In this document: piece by piece, positions 48,590 through 59,950 of the stretch
Position numbering within the stretch: the first letter of the stretch is position 1
Layout of the letters: the number at the start of each line of letters is the position of its first letter
Assembly (NCBI RefSeq): GCF_004010195.1
Contig: NC_057719.1
Span: 9,002,333 to 9,066,332 of the forward strand
Length of the DNA stretch: 64,000 nucleotides
Reading direction: 5' to 3'
DNA from: Chiloscyllium plagiosum
Taxonomy: Eukaryota
Notes under the pieces: generated by a model
What the model saw: only the letters and a program-made list of their open reading frames with translations
What the model was told of the DNA's origin: nothing
Databases searched by the model: none
Translations under genes and position numbers: made by a program

Positions 48590-49045
48590 TCAGTTTACAT
48601 TTATATGGCACCTTCAATGCAATGAAATGCCCTAAAATGCTTCACAAGAACATTATAAAACAAAGACTCTAGGCCATGTAATGAAACACATGAAAGCTTG
48701 GTCAAAGATGTAAGTTTCAAGGAGACTCTTAAAGCAGAAAAGTGAGGTGGAGAGATGTAGGGAGGGTACTCCAGAGCTTAGAGCTGATAGACATTGCCAC
48801 CAACATGCAGGGATTAAAATGGAGAATGCATCAGAGGCCAGAGTTAGAGGAGCACAGATATCGCGGGGATGTTGGATACGATTACAGAGATAGGGAGAGC
48901 CATCACTGTGGAGAGGCTGAAATCAGGAGGAAAAATTTAAACTGTAGGTGTTGCTTGACCAAGAACTACATCAAGGCCAGAAGCACAAGAGTGATATGGG
49001 AATAGATATAATTGCGACATAGCAATAGAGTGTTGATAACCTTAA
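48590..49045 (-). mobile_element. L2-like LINE 3' end
   Basis: catttatatggcacc...gcttggtcaaagatgtaagtttcaagg is the reverse of the L2 tail at about 9290-9330. Similar pieces at about 18570, 55290 and 57050. Confidence 0.6.
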
Positions 49046-49824
49046 AAACTGATACACATTACTCCATGGTCTTATAAGAGCAAAGAAATGAAACAAAACT
49101 GTCTTGGCACTTTTCTTAAGCAAATACAAATTTATTCTGAAACATTAATTTTGTATAAATGCATACATATGAGAATTAGCCAATCGTAACTCCTGTGAGA
49201 TTTTTTCCACTAATTATAATTGTCGATAAATGTAAATTAAAACAAAAGATATTAAAGTTTAGATTTCCTGTCTATTTAATTATGTCAAAAAGCTGCCATT
49301 TACTTAAAATATCACATTTATTAATGCAGACCTGCTGATGCCAGTGTCTTGATCCATTGGTGTTAAGCATGCTTCACAAGAACATTATAAAATGCTCTAT
49401 CAGAAGAGAATGAGAGGTTATATTCCCTTTACTGTAACATTAGCCACCTAGTGTTGAACACATTTGCATGAAGCACCTGTGTTTACTGTTTTAGAAAGTC
49501 ATTAACCCATTTCTTTTGAAATGGGTTCGTGACTCCACCAAAATGACACCAGCAGGAAATCGATGCAAACATGTGAAACAGGGCATTAAATGTAGCGCAT
49601 GGAAGAATTTCAATACCATATGGCCTGCCGGAAAAGTGTAACCCAGATTCAGTATCGGCAACTTATCGCTGAAAGAACTTGCTTCATTATACCGAATTTA
49701 GTAGACTCTAGGCAATTATGGATGGCCAATAAATGTTAGCTTAGCCAGTGACATTCTCATCCCATGAGTGAATTTTTTAAAATCCATTATATTTATGGCA
49801 AAAAAATTATATCCATGATATTTA

Positions 49825-49945
49825 TGACAAAAGGGTCACTGGAACTGAAGCATTAACTCTGCTTTCTCTCCATGCTTGCTGCCAGACCTGCTGAGTTTCT
49901 TTTGCAATTTCTGTTTTTGTTTCAGATTTCCAGCATCCATAGTTT
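49825..49945 (+). mobile_element. PLE pLTR-derived fragment (family 3)
   Basis: tgacaaaagggtcactggaactgaagcattaactctgc...gctgccagacctgctgagtttc...ccagcatcc. Confidence 0.65.
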
Positions 49946-50490
49946 GATGAAAATATTATATTTTTGATGTAAAGTGGGGTGATTTACGCATATTTTAATG
50001 TAAGTTATTTTAGAATTTGGATTTGAGCGAGTGGCATATGGGCTTGGTCTGTATGAATGGGTTTACTGGTTAACCTGTAAATTGTTCTGTAGTCATGGTG
50101 ATTTCTTTTAAAACAAGTATCAGCCAGATTTCCATGCAATGGGGCTCTGTTTTCATTGGGAGAGTTTATATGAGCAAACAGAGTGAACTGTTGTGTGTTA
50201 AGCTTTTAGTTTATCAGGTCATTTTTAAAAAAATCTTTGATTACAGGAAACACTCCTAACCCGAAATAAGCTTTTTAGGTTTCAACTCAACAATTTTAGA
50301 GAAGTCTTGGGTGCCAGTGGATTTGCAAAATAGTTGTGCCTGAGAAATGGAGATGGTTTAGAACTGCTAAGAAATAGGTTACCTTAATGTAATGAGTTTG
50401 GTTTTAAAGTTCCATACCAGACATGTTTGGTTTAAACCCTGAAGGGCTTATTTGAAGCTGAGAAGGTATAAGCACTTTATATGGTCTGCC

Positions 50491-50556
50491 TATCAGTTAG
50501 CTCAGATGGTAGAGCTAATAACACCAAGGTCAAGGGTTCAATACCCATACTGACTA
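50491..50556 (+). pseudogene. tRNA-Ile(AAT)-derived pseudogene or SINE head
   Basis: gttagctcagatggtagagc-taataacaccaaggtcaagggttcaatacccatac aligns to vertebrate tRNA-Ile(AAT), but the 5' anticodon-stem strand is deleted. Confidence 0.7.
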
Positions 50557-50580
50557 TACCTGCTGGCTTCCAACTGAGAT

Positions 50581-50885
50581 TTGGGGTGGCACAGTGGTTA
50601 GGACTGCTGCTTTACAGCATCAGGGGCATGGGTTTGATTCTAGCCTTGGGTGACAGTGTGAAGTTTGCACATTCTCCTCATGTCTGATGGGTTTCCTCCA
50701 GGTGCTCTGGTTTCCTCCCATAGTTCAAAGATGTGCAGATTAGGTGGATTAGCCATGGGAAATGTGGGGTTATGGGGATCGGTTGAGTCTGAACGGTTGA
50801 GTCTGAATGGGATGCTCTTTGGAGGGTTCGTGCAGGCTTGATAGGCCAAATGGCCACTTTCTGTGCTGTAGGGATTCTATGACAA
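50581..50885 (+). mobile_element. HE1 SINE (older)
   Basis: Diverged HE1 head and body. Confidence 0.85.
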
Positions 50886-50983
50886 ATCAAACAATGGGTA
50901 ATCAGGTTTTCAATACTAGGAAAGTAAAGTCACAGATAAGTCAAACCCTACGCCTGATAGAGAATGGAAACTCTCCCTAATGT

Positions 50984-51204
50984 GGGCAGCACAGTGGCAC
51001 AGTGGTTAGCACTGCTGCCTCACAGCGCCTGAGACCCGGGTTCAATTCCCGACTCAGGCGACTGACTGTGTGGAGTTTGCACGTTCTCCCCGTGTCTGCG
51101 TGGGTTTCCTCCGGGTGCTCCGGTTTCCTCCCACAGTCCAAAGATGTGTGGGCCGAAGGGCCTGTTTCCACACTGTAATCTAATCTAATCTAATCTAATC
51201 TAAT
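50984..51204 (+). mobile_element. Young HE1 SINE with an internal deletion and an (AATCT)n tail
   Basis: Near-consensus head; ccaaagatgtg is joined directly to tgggccgaaggg; possible TSD ctaatgt. Confidence 0.95.
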
Positions 51205-51235
51205 GTTTGAGAACAGAAAGCTGTTGGGATTAATG

Positions 51236-51635
51236 CCAGAGGAAGTGGAGGAGGCTGGTACAATTGTAACATTTAAAAGGCATCTGGATGGGTATAGAGG
51301 GATATGGTTCTGGATTAGTGGTGCTGGAAGAGCATAGCAGTTCAGGCAGCATCCAAGGAGCTTCGAAATCGACGTTCGGGCAAAAGCCCTTCATCAGGAA
51401 GGGCTTTTGCCCGAAACGTCGATTTTACTGCGCCTCGGATGCTGCCTGAACTGCTGTGCTCTTCTAGCACCACTAATCCAGAATCTGGTTTCCAGCATCT
51501 GCAGTCATTGTTTTTACCCCATAGAGGGATATGGGCCAAGTGCTGGAAAATGGGACTAGATTAGGTCGGGATATCTAGTAGGCATGGACAAATTGGACCG
51601 AAGGGTCTGTTTCCGCACTGTCCATCTCTATTACA
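51236..51635 (+). mobile_element. HER1 3' end split by a fold-back insert
   Basis: gccagaggaagtgg...gatatgggccaagtgctgg...ggaccgaagggtctgtttcc. Confidence 0.9.
51308..51520. mobile_element. Fold-back PLE pLTR-derived element (family 1), young
   Basis: Arms of about 85 bp around a 5-nt loop (51308-51484), hammerhead core pieces on both strands, and an exact TSD atagagggatatgg (51294-51307, 51521-51534). Confidence 0.9.
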
Positions 51636-51676
51636 CTAATAGGATTGTAGGTTACTGTATTTTTCACAATCAAAAT

Positions 51677-51840
51677 TCACACGACACTAGGTTATAGTCC
51701 AACAAGTTCATCTGAAATCACAAGCTTTAAGAGCAGCGCTCCAAATGCTTGTGATTTAAATTAAACCTGTTGGACTATAACCTGGTATCGTGTGACTTCT
51801 GACTTTGTCCACCCCAGTCCAACACGGGCTCCTCCACATG
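51677..51840. mobile_element. Fold-back PLE pLTR-derived element (family 2)
   Basis: Arms tcacacgacactaggttatagtccaac / gttggactataacctggtatcgtgtga centred on gagcagcgctc; homologous to 23805-23980. Confidence 0.82.
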
Positions 51841-52894
51841 TTTCAAATCCTTCAGACATGCTATTGTAAATAGTTTTGTTTATTCTATTTTAATCTTCAT
51901 TTCTCTTGCGTATCAAACTTCTGTCTTGTTGTTAAACCCTCGTCTGCAGGATCGTGTGCTTGTGTCTTCGTGAAGGAACCAACAGAGAAAGTAGAAATAT
52001 GATCTACCAAACCAGATTTCCATCTAGGATCTGACTTGTCCAGTAATAACTGGAGATGGTATCATAATGATTACACACATCAGCCTCTGCCCTGTAGGCT
52101 CTTTGTGTCCTGGACGAGTTATAAATAAGACCGACTTGGTTACATTTAACAGTAGGTGCTTCCTTCCACCAGGATGATAAAACCATACTCTGACAGCACT
52201 GATGAAGGCCATTCAGTCAATCAGTGATCTGCTAGCTGTTTGAACAAGCAATGCAGCTATCAGAAGGAAAACCAGTAGAAGTTGTGTTTGAGATAAACTG
52301 GTTCAATCAGTCTTATACATTTCAACATGGAGGTCCTGTAACACCAGTACGTTCATTCCCATTTATCAGCGTTTGTTTGAAAGCTGGATTTTCCTTCTGC
52401 CCTGCCCTTTGAGCACAGCCCTGGAAATTTCTCTGAGAGGATTAGGTATTTGGAGAAGAGCATGCATACAACCCGGGGAATCTGAAACTAAAACAGAAAC
52501 TGCTGGAGAAACTCAGCAGATCTGGTAGCATTCTGTGGATGGAAAGCAGAGTCACCATTTCAGGTCCTATGACCCTTTGTACAATGTAAACTGAGTACAG
52601 TCATGAACACTCTGCAATACTGATAGAACATAGAGCAGTACAACACTGGAATGGGCCCTTTGGCCTACAATCTTGTATTGAACAAGACGCCAAATTCAAC
52701 TAATCCCGTCTGCCTGCCCTTGGTCCATATCCCTCCATTCCTTGCATATATAACATGTGGTGTTCGGTTTAGTACGTTGAAAATATTAAAGGAGCACTTG
52801 GAATGAGAAATTCATCCTTTCCTCTCTCCCAAAAGTGCGAGGGAAGTTCAGTCAATTGTAAGAATTCCATCACAGCATTGTAACCAATCAAGTA

Positions 52895-53302
52895 TAGAGT
52901 CATAGAGTCATAGTGATGTACAGCATGGAAACAGACCCTTCAGTCCAACCTGTCCATGCCGACCAGATATCCCAACCCAATCTGCCAGCACCCGGCCCAT
53001 ATCCCTCCAAACCCTTCCTATTCATATACCCATCCAAATGCCTCTTAAATGTTGCAATTGTACCAGCCTCCACCACATCATCTGGCAGCTCATTCCATAC
53101 ATGTACCACCCTCTTTGTGAAAAAGTTGCCCCGTAGGTCTCTTTTATATCATTCCCCCCTCACCCTAAACCTATGCCCTCTAGTTCTGGACTCCCTGATC
53201 CCAGGAAAAAGACTTTGCCTATTTACCCTATCCATGCACCTCATAATTTGTAAACCTCTCTAAAGTCACCCCTCAGCCTCTGACGTTCCATGGAAAACAG
53301 CA
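52895..53302 (-). mobile_element. HER1 LINE 3' end
   Basis: VHVWNELPDDVVEAGTIATFKRHLDGYMNRKGLEGYG with an (agagtcat)n tail. Confidence 0.95.
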
Positions 53303-54031
53303 TAGTTCAGCCCAGTGCTGAAAGCCTCTTGGTTTTTATAAACACCATAGACCTGATGAGCCATTAGTTTTTAAAACATAATCCATTTCTACTCCCCTAC
53401 AGTGACCTCCAGACACTCATCCTTTAAAGGAAAGCATTAAATTATTTTCTGCATATGTGACAGAGGGCCTGATGTAATCCAACCCATTTAAAGATAAAAT
53501 AAGGCTCTGAAGGTAACATTAAGAGGTCTGTAATAATCAGTTGCATTAATTAAGCCTTACCTCCCCCCAGGGAAATCCTGAACCATCTATGGAATAAGTA
53601 CCGATGTAATATAATTACTTCCTTGGCTGAAAGACTTTGCATCAAAGACCAGGGAGGCTACAAAGTCGAGTGTTGTATTCATTCCACTCAAGCTGAGTTC
53701 TGGGGCATGAACACATACAAAGTGAAGCTGCCCTACAAATGATTCACTCAAGTTAAATGGGGAGCACAATCCCAGAAAAGATAGGTTGCAATATTAAGAC
53801 ATAAATGTGTTGATGGGGCAGCCCTTGATCCATCTGTTTATTGCACAAGGGTGTTGACCTGCTTATTTCAAATTGGTTTATTGTCTCTGGTGGGAGAATG
53901 TACTGAGGAATGTCACTTACACACAAAAACGAGCTTGCATATATGCCAACAGCAATGGCAAAAATGGGAAGTTATGTTGACATTGTACAGGACCTCTTCT
54001 GGAATACTGCCTCCAGTTCTGGTCACCCTGT

Positions 54032-54366
54032 TTAGATTAGATTCACTCCAGTATGGAAACAGGCCCTTCGGCCCAACAAACCCACACCGACCCTCCAAAC
54101 AGCAACCCACCCAGACCCATCCCCCTACTCTATTAGTCTACATTTACCCCTGACTAACGCACCTAACACCATGGGCAACTTAGCACGGCCAATTCACCTA
54201 ACCTGCACATCTTTGGACTGTAGGAGGAAACCGGAGCACCCAGAGGAAACCCCTGCAGACACGGGGAGAATATACAAACTCCACACAGTTGCCCGAGGGT
54301 GGAATCAAACTTACGATCCCTGGCGCTGTGAGACTGCGGTGCTAACCACTGAGCCACCGTGCCGCC
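54032..54366 (-). mobile_element. HE1 SINE
   Basis: Full reverse copy, with tgtt repeated at both junctions. Confidence 0.94.
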
Positions 54367-54845
54367 ATGTTATAGGAAGGATATTATTAAACTGTAGGGG
54401 GTTCAGAAGAGGTTTACCAGGATGTTGCCAGGTATGGGGATTTGAGTTATAAGGAGAGGCTGGATAGGCTGAGAACCTTTCCACTGAAGCATAGGAGGTT
54501 GAGGGATGACCTTACTGAGGTTTGTACAATGATGAGGGGAATGGCAGGTGTCATTTTCCTAGGGTGGGGAATTTCAAGACGGGGGGCATATTTTTAAGAT
54601 GAGAGGAGAAAAATTTTAAAAAGACTTGGGGGACAATTTTCTTTTAACACAGAGTGGCTCATGTGTGGAATGACCTTCCAGAGGAAGTGGTGGACGCAGG
54701 TACAGTTACAACATTTAAAAGAAATTTGGATAAGTACATGAATAAGAAATATTTCGAGGAAGATGGGCCAAGTGCAGGCAAGAGGGATTAGTATAGTTTG
54801 GAATTATGGTCGACTTGTACTGATTGGACCGAAGGGTCTGTTTCT

Positions 54846-55265
54846 TACCAGCCAACACCTGGAGGAAGAACACTTCATATTCCGCTTTGGGACCCTGCAA
54901 CCACATGGGTTCAATGCGGATATCACCAAATTCCTCATTTCCCCATCCCCCACATTATCCCAGTCCCAAGCCTCCAACACGGCGCCGCCCTCCTGACCTG
55001 TCTATCACCTTTTCCATTTATCCATTCCACCCTCCTCTCCGACCTATCACCTTCTCCCTCATCGTCATCTACCTATCATATTCCCAGCTACCTTCCCCCC
55101 AGCCCCACACACCCTCCCACTTATCTCTCAGCCCCCACCGGCCCACGAGCCTCATTCCTGATGAAGGGCTTATGCCTGAAATATTGATTCTGCCTGACCG
55201 GCTGTGCTTTTCCAGCACCACACTCTCGACTCTGATCTCCACCATCTGCAGTCCTCATTTCCTCC
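54846..55265 (+). mobile_element. Neptune-type PLE 3' end (GIY-YIG C-terminus + family-1 pLTR)
   Basis: LEEEHFIFRFGTLQPHGFNADITKF, a C-rich UTR and the pLTR, flanked by ctgtttct. Confidence 0.8.
55153..55190 (+). ncRNA. Hammerhead ribozyme core (decayed)
   Basis: uc-CUGAUGA-a-gggc-uuau-gccu-GAAA-uauu-ga. Confidence 0.55.
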
Positions 55266-56359
55266 CTGTTTCTGTGCTGTATGACTCCATAACAACTTGG
55301 CATTTATCCAATGGATTTAATATTTGAAATTGTCCCAAGGTGATTCCAAAAAGAGTTGTCAAAAAAGGAAACTGACACTCAGCCCACACGTTTGGTTGGA
55401 TGATAAAAAGGTCGGTCAAAGGGGTGGCCTTTAAGATGAATCTTACAGGAACCAGAGATGTTTGGGGAGAGAATTTCTCCAGCTTTGGGTCCTGGCAGTT
55501 GAAGGCATGGCTGCCAAACAGTAAATGAAGCGACTTAGACTTTTGTAAGAGGCTGGAATATTGCTCGAAGCATTTTTTTAAAGTGTGGGTCTGCACATGT
55601 GACTAGTTTGGGGTCAGTACAGAAACGAGGGGCATTGCTAAATAAATGGGCGCATTCTGAACAGGAGAAATCACGGAACAAGACCTACTCAAGACATTAA
55701 GCTCAGATCTGTATGCATTAGCAAAATAAATGCCAAATAATTCTAAAGGGCAATGTATTTTACTTTTATCTATTTTCACAGAATCCATTAGGACTTAAAA
55801 CTCTTCTGGGAATCTAATTTATACACTATAACGAGATTAAAATGTTGATAAAGAACATACTAGTCAATCATCTTTGGAAATACAAATTTTCCAAGGTAAA
55901 GATGTTTATAAAGAGAAGATTAAATCGTCACTTAGTGCTTCGTCTTTGCAGTGGTTTTAAATCAGAAAAGGCAAAACAGTAACATCTACCTCAGTAGACC
56001 TTTTCACAGACTTTTGAAAAAAAGGTGCTGTTGATAGGGAAAAACTTTGACCTTCTGCTACAGGCAAAACGAGTGATGGTGAACTGCTGTATATATCGCC
56101 ACATCCTTTGTTCCACTAACAGGAACTTGTACAAGAAAGCTGGAGCAGATTGGCCCATTGATCTTGCATGAAGGGGAAGAAAAAGTAAAAAAAAAAGTTG
56201 CTGAATAAAAGTAGCATGATTTGCACCTTACACTTAGCAGAGCCAGGACAAATACCAGAGTGCCCAAGTTCACACAGTCACAATAATGTATTCTACAGAA
56301 GGAAGCGCTGCTGACTGGTTGTCAAGATGAGTGCATTTAGATCACAGAATAGGATCATG

Positions 56360-56690
56360 TCTAAAGTATGCAAGCAGGTTATTTGGGCCATCAAGTCCAC
56401 ACTGACCTTCCAAAAAGCATCCCACACAGACCCATGCCCCTATTGTCACTGTAACCCTGCATTCCCATGGCTAATCCATCTTGCCTGAGCACTATCAGCA
56501 ATTTAGCATGGCCGATCTACCTAACCTGCACATCTTTGGTCTGTGGGAGGAAACCGGAGAACCAGAGGAGACCTATGCAGACATGAGGAGAACGTGCAAA
56601 CTCCACACAGACAATCGCCCAATGATGGAGTCAAACCAGGTCTCTGGTACTGTGAGGCAGCAGTGCTAACCACTGAGCTAGCGTGTCACC
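56360..56690 (-). mobile_element. HE1 SINE
   Basis: Reverse HE1. Confidence 0.9.
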
Positions 56691-57334
56691 TGTGGGGCAC
56701 TGCCACAGAGAAAGAAACAGGGACCTCCTGTCCTCAGCAAACAAAAGGAATCTGTTCAAGCCTTGCACCTTTATAAGATTAATCAGAGGCTGAGGGAGTT
56801 TAGAGTCGGTCCTCCCCTAACAACACCTCAGTCCTTTCGGGTTCACTTGCCAACCAATCAGCGCCCTTTCCAGCTATAGTGTGAAATCCTGTGATCATTT
56901 AAAGCTTGGTATTCTTTCATTTGTCCTGATAAGTGAAAGGCAAAAAGCTTTGGCAAAGTATTTCACTTGTCAGCAATATTCAGGTTTCGTTCAATCAACA
57001 GCAAAGAAGTTGGTGCATTGATTTTTCCTCGCGTCGAACAGAATCACTAGTTAGCTTTGCAAACATTTCATCTGACATCCACCACAACAGCCTAAGGTGC
57101 TTCACAGGAGCGAGTAGTCAAAAAGTAGTCTTTTAGCACTACATTTTAGCAGTAGTTTGAAGGAAAAGAGTGAGTTCAGGAGGTTTCATAGGAACATAAG
57201 AAACAAGGGCAGGAGGAGGTTAAGCCCATTGAGCCTGCTCCATCATTCAACCAAGTCAAGGCTGTTCTTCATCCTCATTGGTATTTACCCATACTATCCC
57301 CATATCCTTTTCATCTCTACAATTTTAAGAAATT

Positions 57335-57610
57335 ATAGGGTTAATGGCAGGTGTCTTCTCCCTCGGATGTGGGATTTCAAGACTACGGGGCATATTTTTA
57401 AAGCGAGAGGGGAGAGATTTAAAGACATGAGGGGCAATTTTCATTTTTTACACAGAGGATGGTTCACATGTGGAATAAACCTCCTTAGGAGTTGATGCAT
57501 GTGGGTACAGTTACAATGTTTAAAAGACACTTGTCTAAGTACAAAATAGGAAAGGTTTATTTTGGGAATTATGTTCGGCGTAGACTGTTTGGACTTATGA
57601 CTCTATGACT
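57335..57610 (+). mobile_element. HER1 3' fragment inserted in a minus-strand CR1 tail (about 57185-57710)
   Basis: FKTTGHIFKARGERFKDMRGNF, with tail tatgactctatgact. Confidence 0.82.
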
Positions 57611-57762
57611 AAATCTATCGATCTAGGTCTTGAACGTAGTCAATGACTAAACCTCCAGAGTTCTCTGGGGACAAAATTCCCAATATTTACCATCTCCTGA
57701 GAGAAGGGATTCAAATTCAAATTCCATAGCTCAGTCTCAAAAGGCCAGCCCCTTACCATAAG

Positions 57763-57950
57763 AAAGTAAGGACTGCAGATGCTGGAGAGTCAGAGTCAGT
57801 GGCATTGGAAAAGCACAGTAGGTCAGGCAGCATCCAAGGAGCAGGAGAGTCAACGTTTCGGGTATAAGCCCTGAACCAGTCCTGCCTGAAATGTTGACTC
57901 CGATGCTGCCTGACATGCTGTGCTTTTCCAGAGCCACACATTTTGACTCT
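57763..57950. mobile_element. Fold-back PLE pLTR-derived element (family 1)
   Basis: Inverted arms. Degenerate 15-bp TSD gccccttaccataag / gcctcttcccatgag. Confidence 0.8.
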
Positions 57951-58844
57951 GCCTCTTCCCATGAGGCTGCGTCCTTTGGTTTTACAATTCCAGCCTGTGG
58001 AAAAGACAATTCTGCATTCACCCTGTTAAACCATGTACAAAGTTTGCATCCTTCAAGAAAATCTTCTGAACTCCAGAGATATATAGACCCAATCTCCTTA
58101 GACTCTTAATCACAGAGTATAGAAGGCATGGCCACCACTGGGGAGTTGGAGAATGCTATGAATGGTACATTAAAGCAGAAAGACTGTGTATATGTTTATG
58201 GAGCTAAATCTCAGATTGAAACATGGAGAAAATGCTTGTCATTGTTCAGTTGAGCGCACTCAGCTTAAACACTTCTGTAGTTGATCATTCAATTTGTTTT
58301 TCTTGAGTTCATGGTGCTTTGTTTTGAAGGACACAATACTGATCTATGAGAAACATTACATTTCTCTAACGTACTTGTGGTGTCACAGCTGATGTAACAA
58401 GCACCTCAGAGTGCAAAGGTACCTAATCTCCTTTCTGCCAAGGGAACCCAACTGGGACCGAACAGCCTTGACGCTGAAGAAATTGTAATATCAGTTCTGG
58501 ATATGCCTGTGATCATAATGATAACATTACTTTTAACTGCCTCAGAGGGCAAAATTACAAACCTAATGAAGGGCTTCATTGTGTTGTTCAGAGAAAACGA
58601 CTACATAAAAATCCCATAAGGTCTGAAAAGTAGAAATCACTCCTATCAGTGTTCAAAACGCTGGAACCTCAAGACATCAGGATGCCACTGCTGAATAATG
58701 ATTGTTTTCCACAGCCAACAGCAAGAGAAATAAGAATGGTATCTTCATGCATTAAGTAAGCATGCCTACCTTCAGGTTAACAAAACAGGGAACAGTTGCT
58801 ACCTCTACTCTGGCCATTAGAGGACACCAAAACAGGAGGTGATG

Positions 58845-59125
58845 GCCGAATGGTATTATCACTGGACTATCAATCCTGAGACCCTGGTGGGCCTGGGTTC
58901 AAATCCTGCAGATGGTAACATTTGAATTCATTATATATCTGGAGTTGAGAGTCTATTGATGACCATGAGTTGATTGTCAGAAAAAATCCCATCTGGTCCC
59001 CTAATGTCCTTTGGGGAAGGTAACTGCCTGGTCTGGCCTCCAGACTGACAGCAATGCAGTTGACTCTTAACTGCCCTCTAGGCAATTAGGGATGGACTAT
59101 AAATATTGGTCTAGCCAGTATTCTA
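58845..59125 (+). mobile_element. SINE family B
   Basis: ggtattatcactggacta...gggttcaaatcc...ggcaattagggatgg. Confidence 0.78.
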
Positions 59126-59519
59126 AAAAAAACATTTTAGCTGACTTTTGTGAAGGATACTTCTGCTCACTACCTCCACTGGAGCATTTAAGATGTTTTC
59201 TTGACATGTTAAATACAGGTTCTTTGCAAATACTGGGCAACATCACTATGGACTTCTTAACCCACTGCACATTCGGCCTAATCCAAGCAATGCCCACTTA
59301 TTGTAGCACGGCCCAACTCCATCTCACACGCCATTTAATTCAGGCAAAGATCCCATTGCTACCACAGCTACTGGCAGATAAATGACATTCAAAGTCACAT
59401 TCCCCTCTTCAGTCAACACACAGAGATACACCACCTACATATGCATGTAGAAACATGTAAACTCACAAAAAAAGGGTGAGAGAGAACGAGAGAGCAAGCT
59501 TTGGGGAATGGGCTCTCAT

Positions 59520-59905
59520 CCCATCATTGCAGCTGGAGAGACTGAACCATGATGGGGTACACCTTGTAGATGGTACTCACAGCTCTACTGTGTGTCAGCT
59601 GTGAATAGTAAAGGCAGGGGGTCAGGAATGGTAAGGAGTTGCTTAAGTATTGTTGGAGCAGACAAGTGGGCAGTATCTTATCAGACTCGTGACTTGTGCC
59701 TTGTGGAGGGTGGATGGGGAGTTGCAGGATTCCTAACCCCTGACTTGTTCTTGCGCCCACTGTAGTGAAAGGGCTGGTTCAGTTTGTGGTCCTCAAGGCT
59801 CTGATTGTGGGACACCCACCAACAGTAATGCCATTGAGAGTCATGAGAAGGTGGTTAGAATTTCTCTTGTTGGAGATGGTCATTGCCTGGCACTTGTGTG
59901 GAGTA
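59520..59905 (-). mobile_element. LINE family B fragment
   Basis: Reverse of the LINE-B RT end (caccttgtagatggtac, gacttgtgccttgtggagggtgg, gttggagatggtcattgcctggcacttg). Confidence 0.65.
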
Positions 59906-59950
59906 CATGCGACAGAATTAATCCGTGGGTAATTCTCTGAGACTTTTCAA

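Larger units (their letters stand above)
53965..55290 (+). mobile_element. HER1/CR1 3' fragment interrupted by HE1 and a PLE
   Basis: ORF2-end sequence. The tail ctgtttct|gtgctgtatgactc resumes at about 55266. Confidence 0.85.

Noticed and set aside
51308..51484. Fold-back elements as MITEs or miRNA genes
   Set aside because: The asymmetric tails, variable fold points, long TSDs and identity with PLE pLTRs argue against DNA transposons. No expression evidence supports a miRNA.
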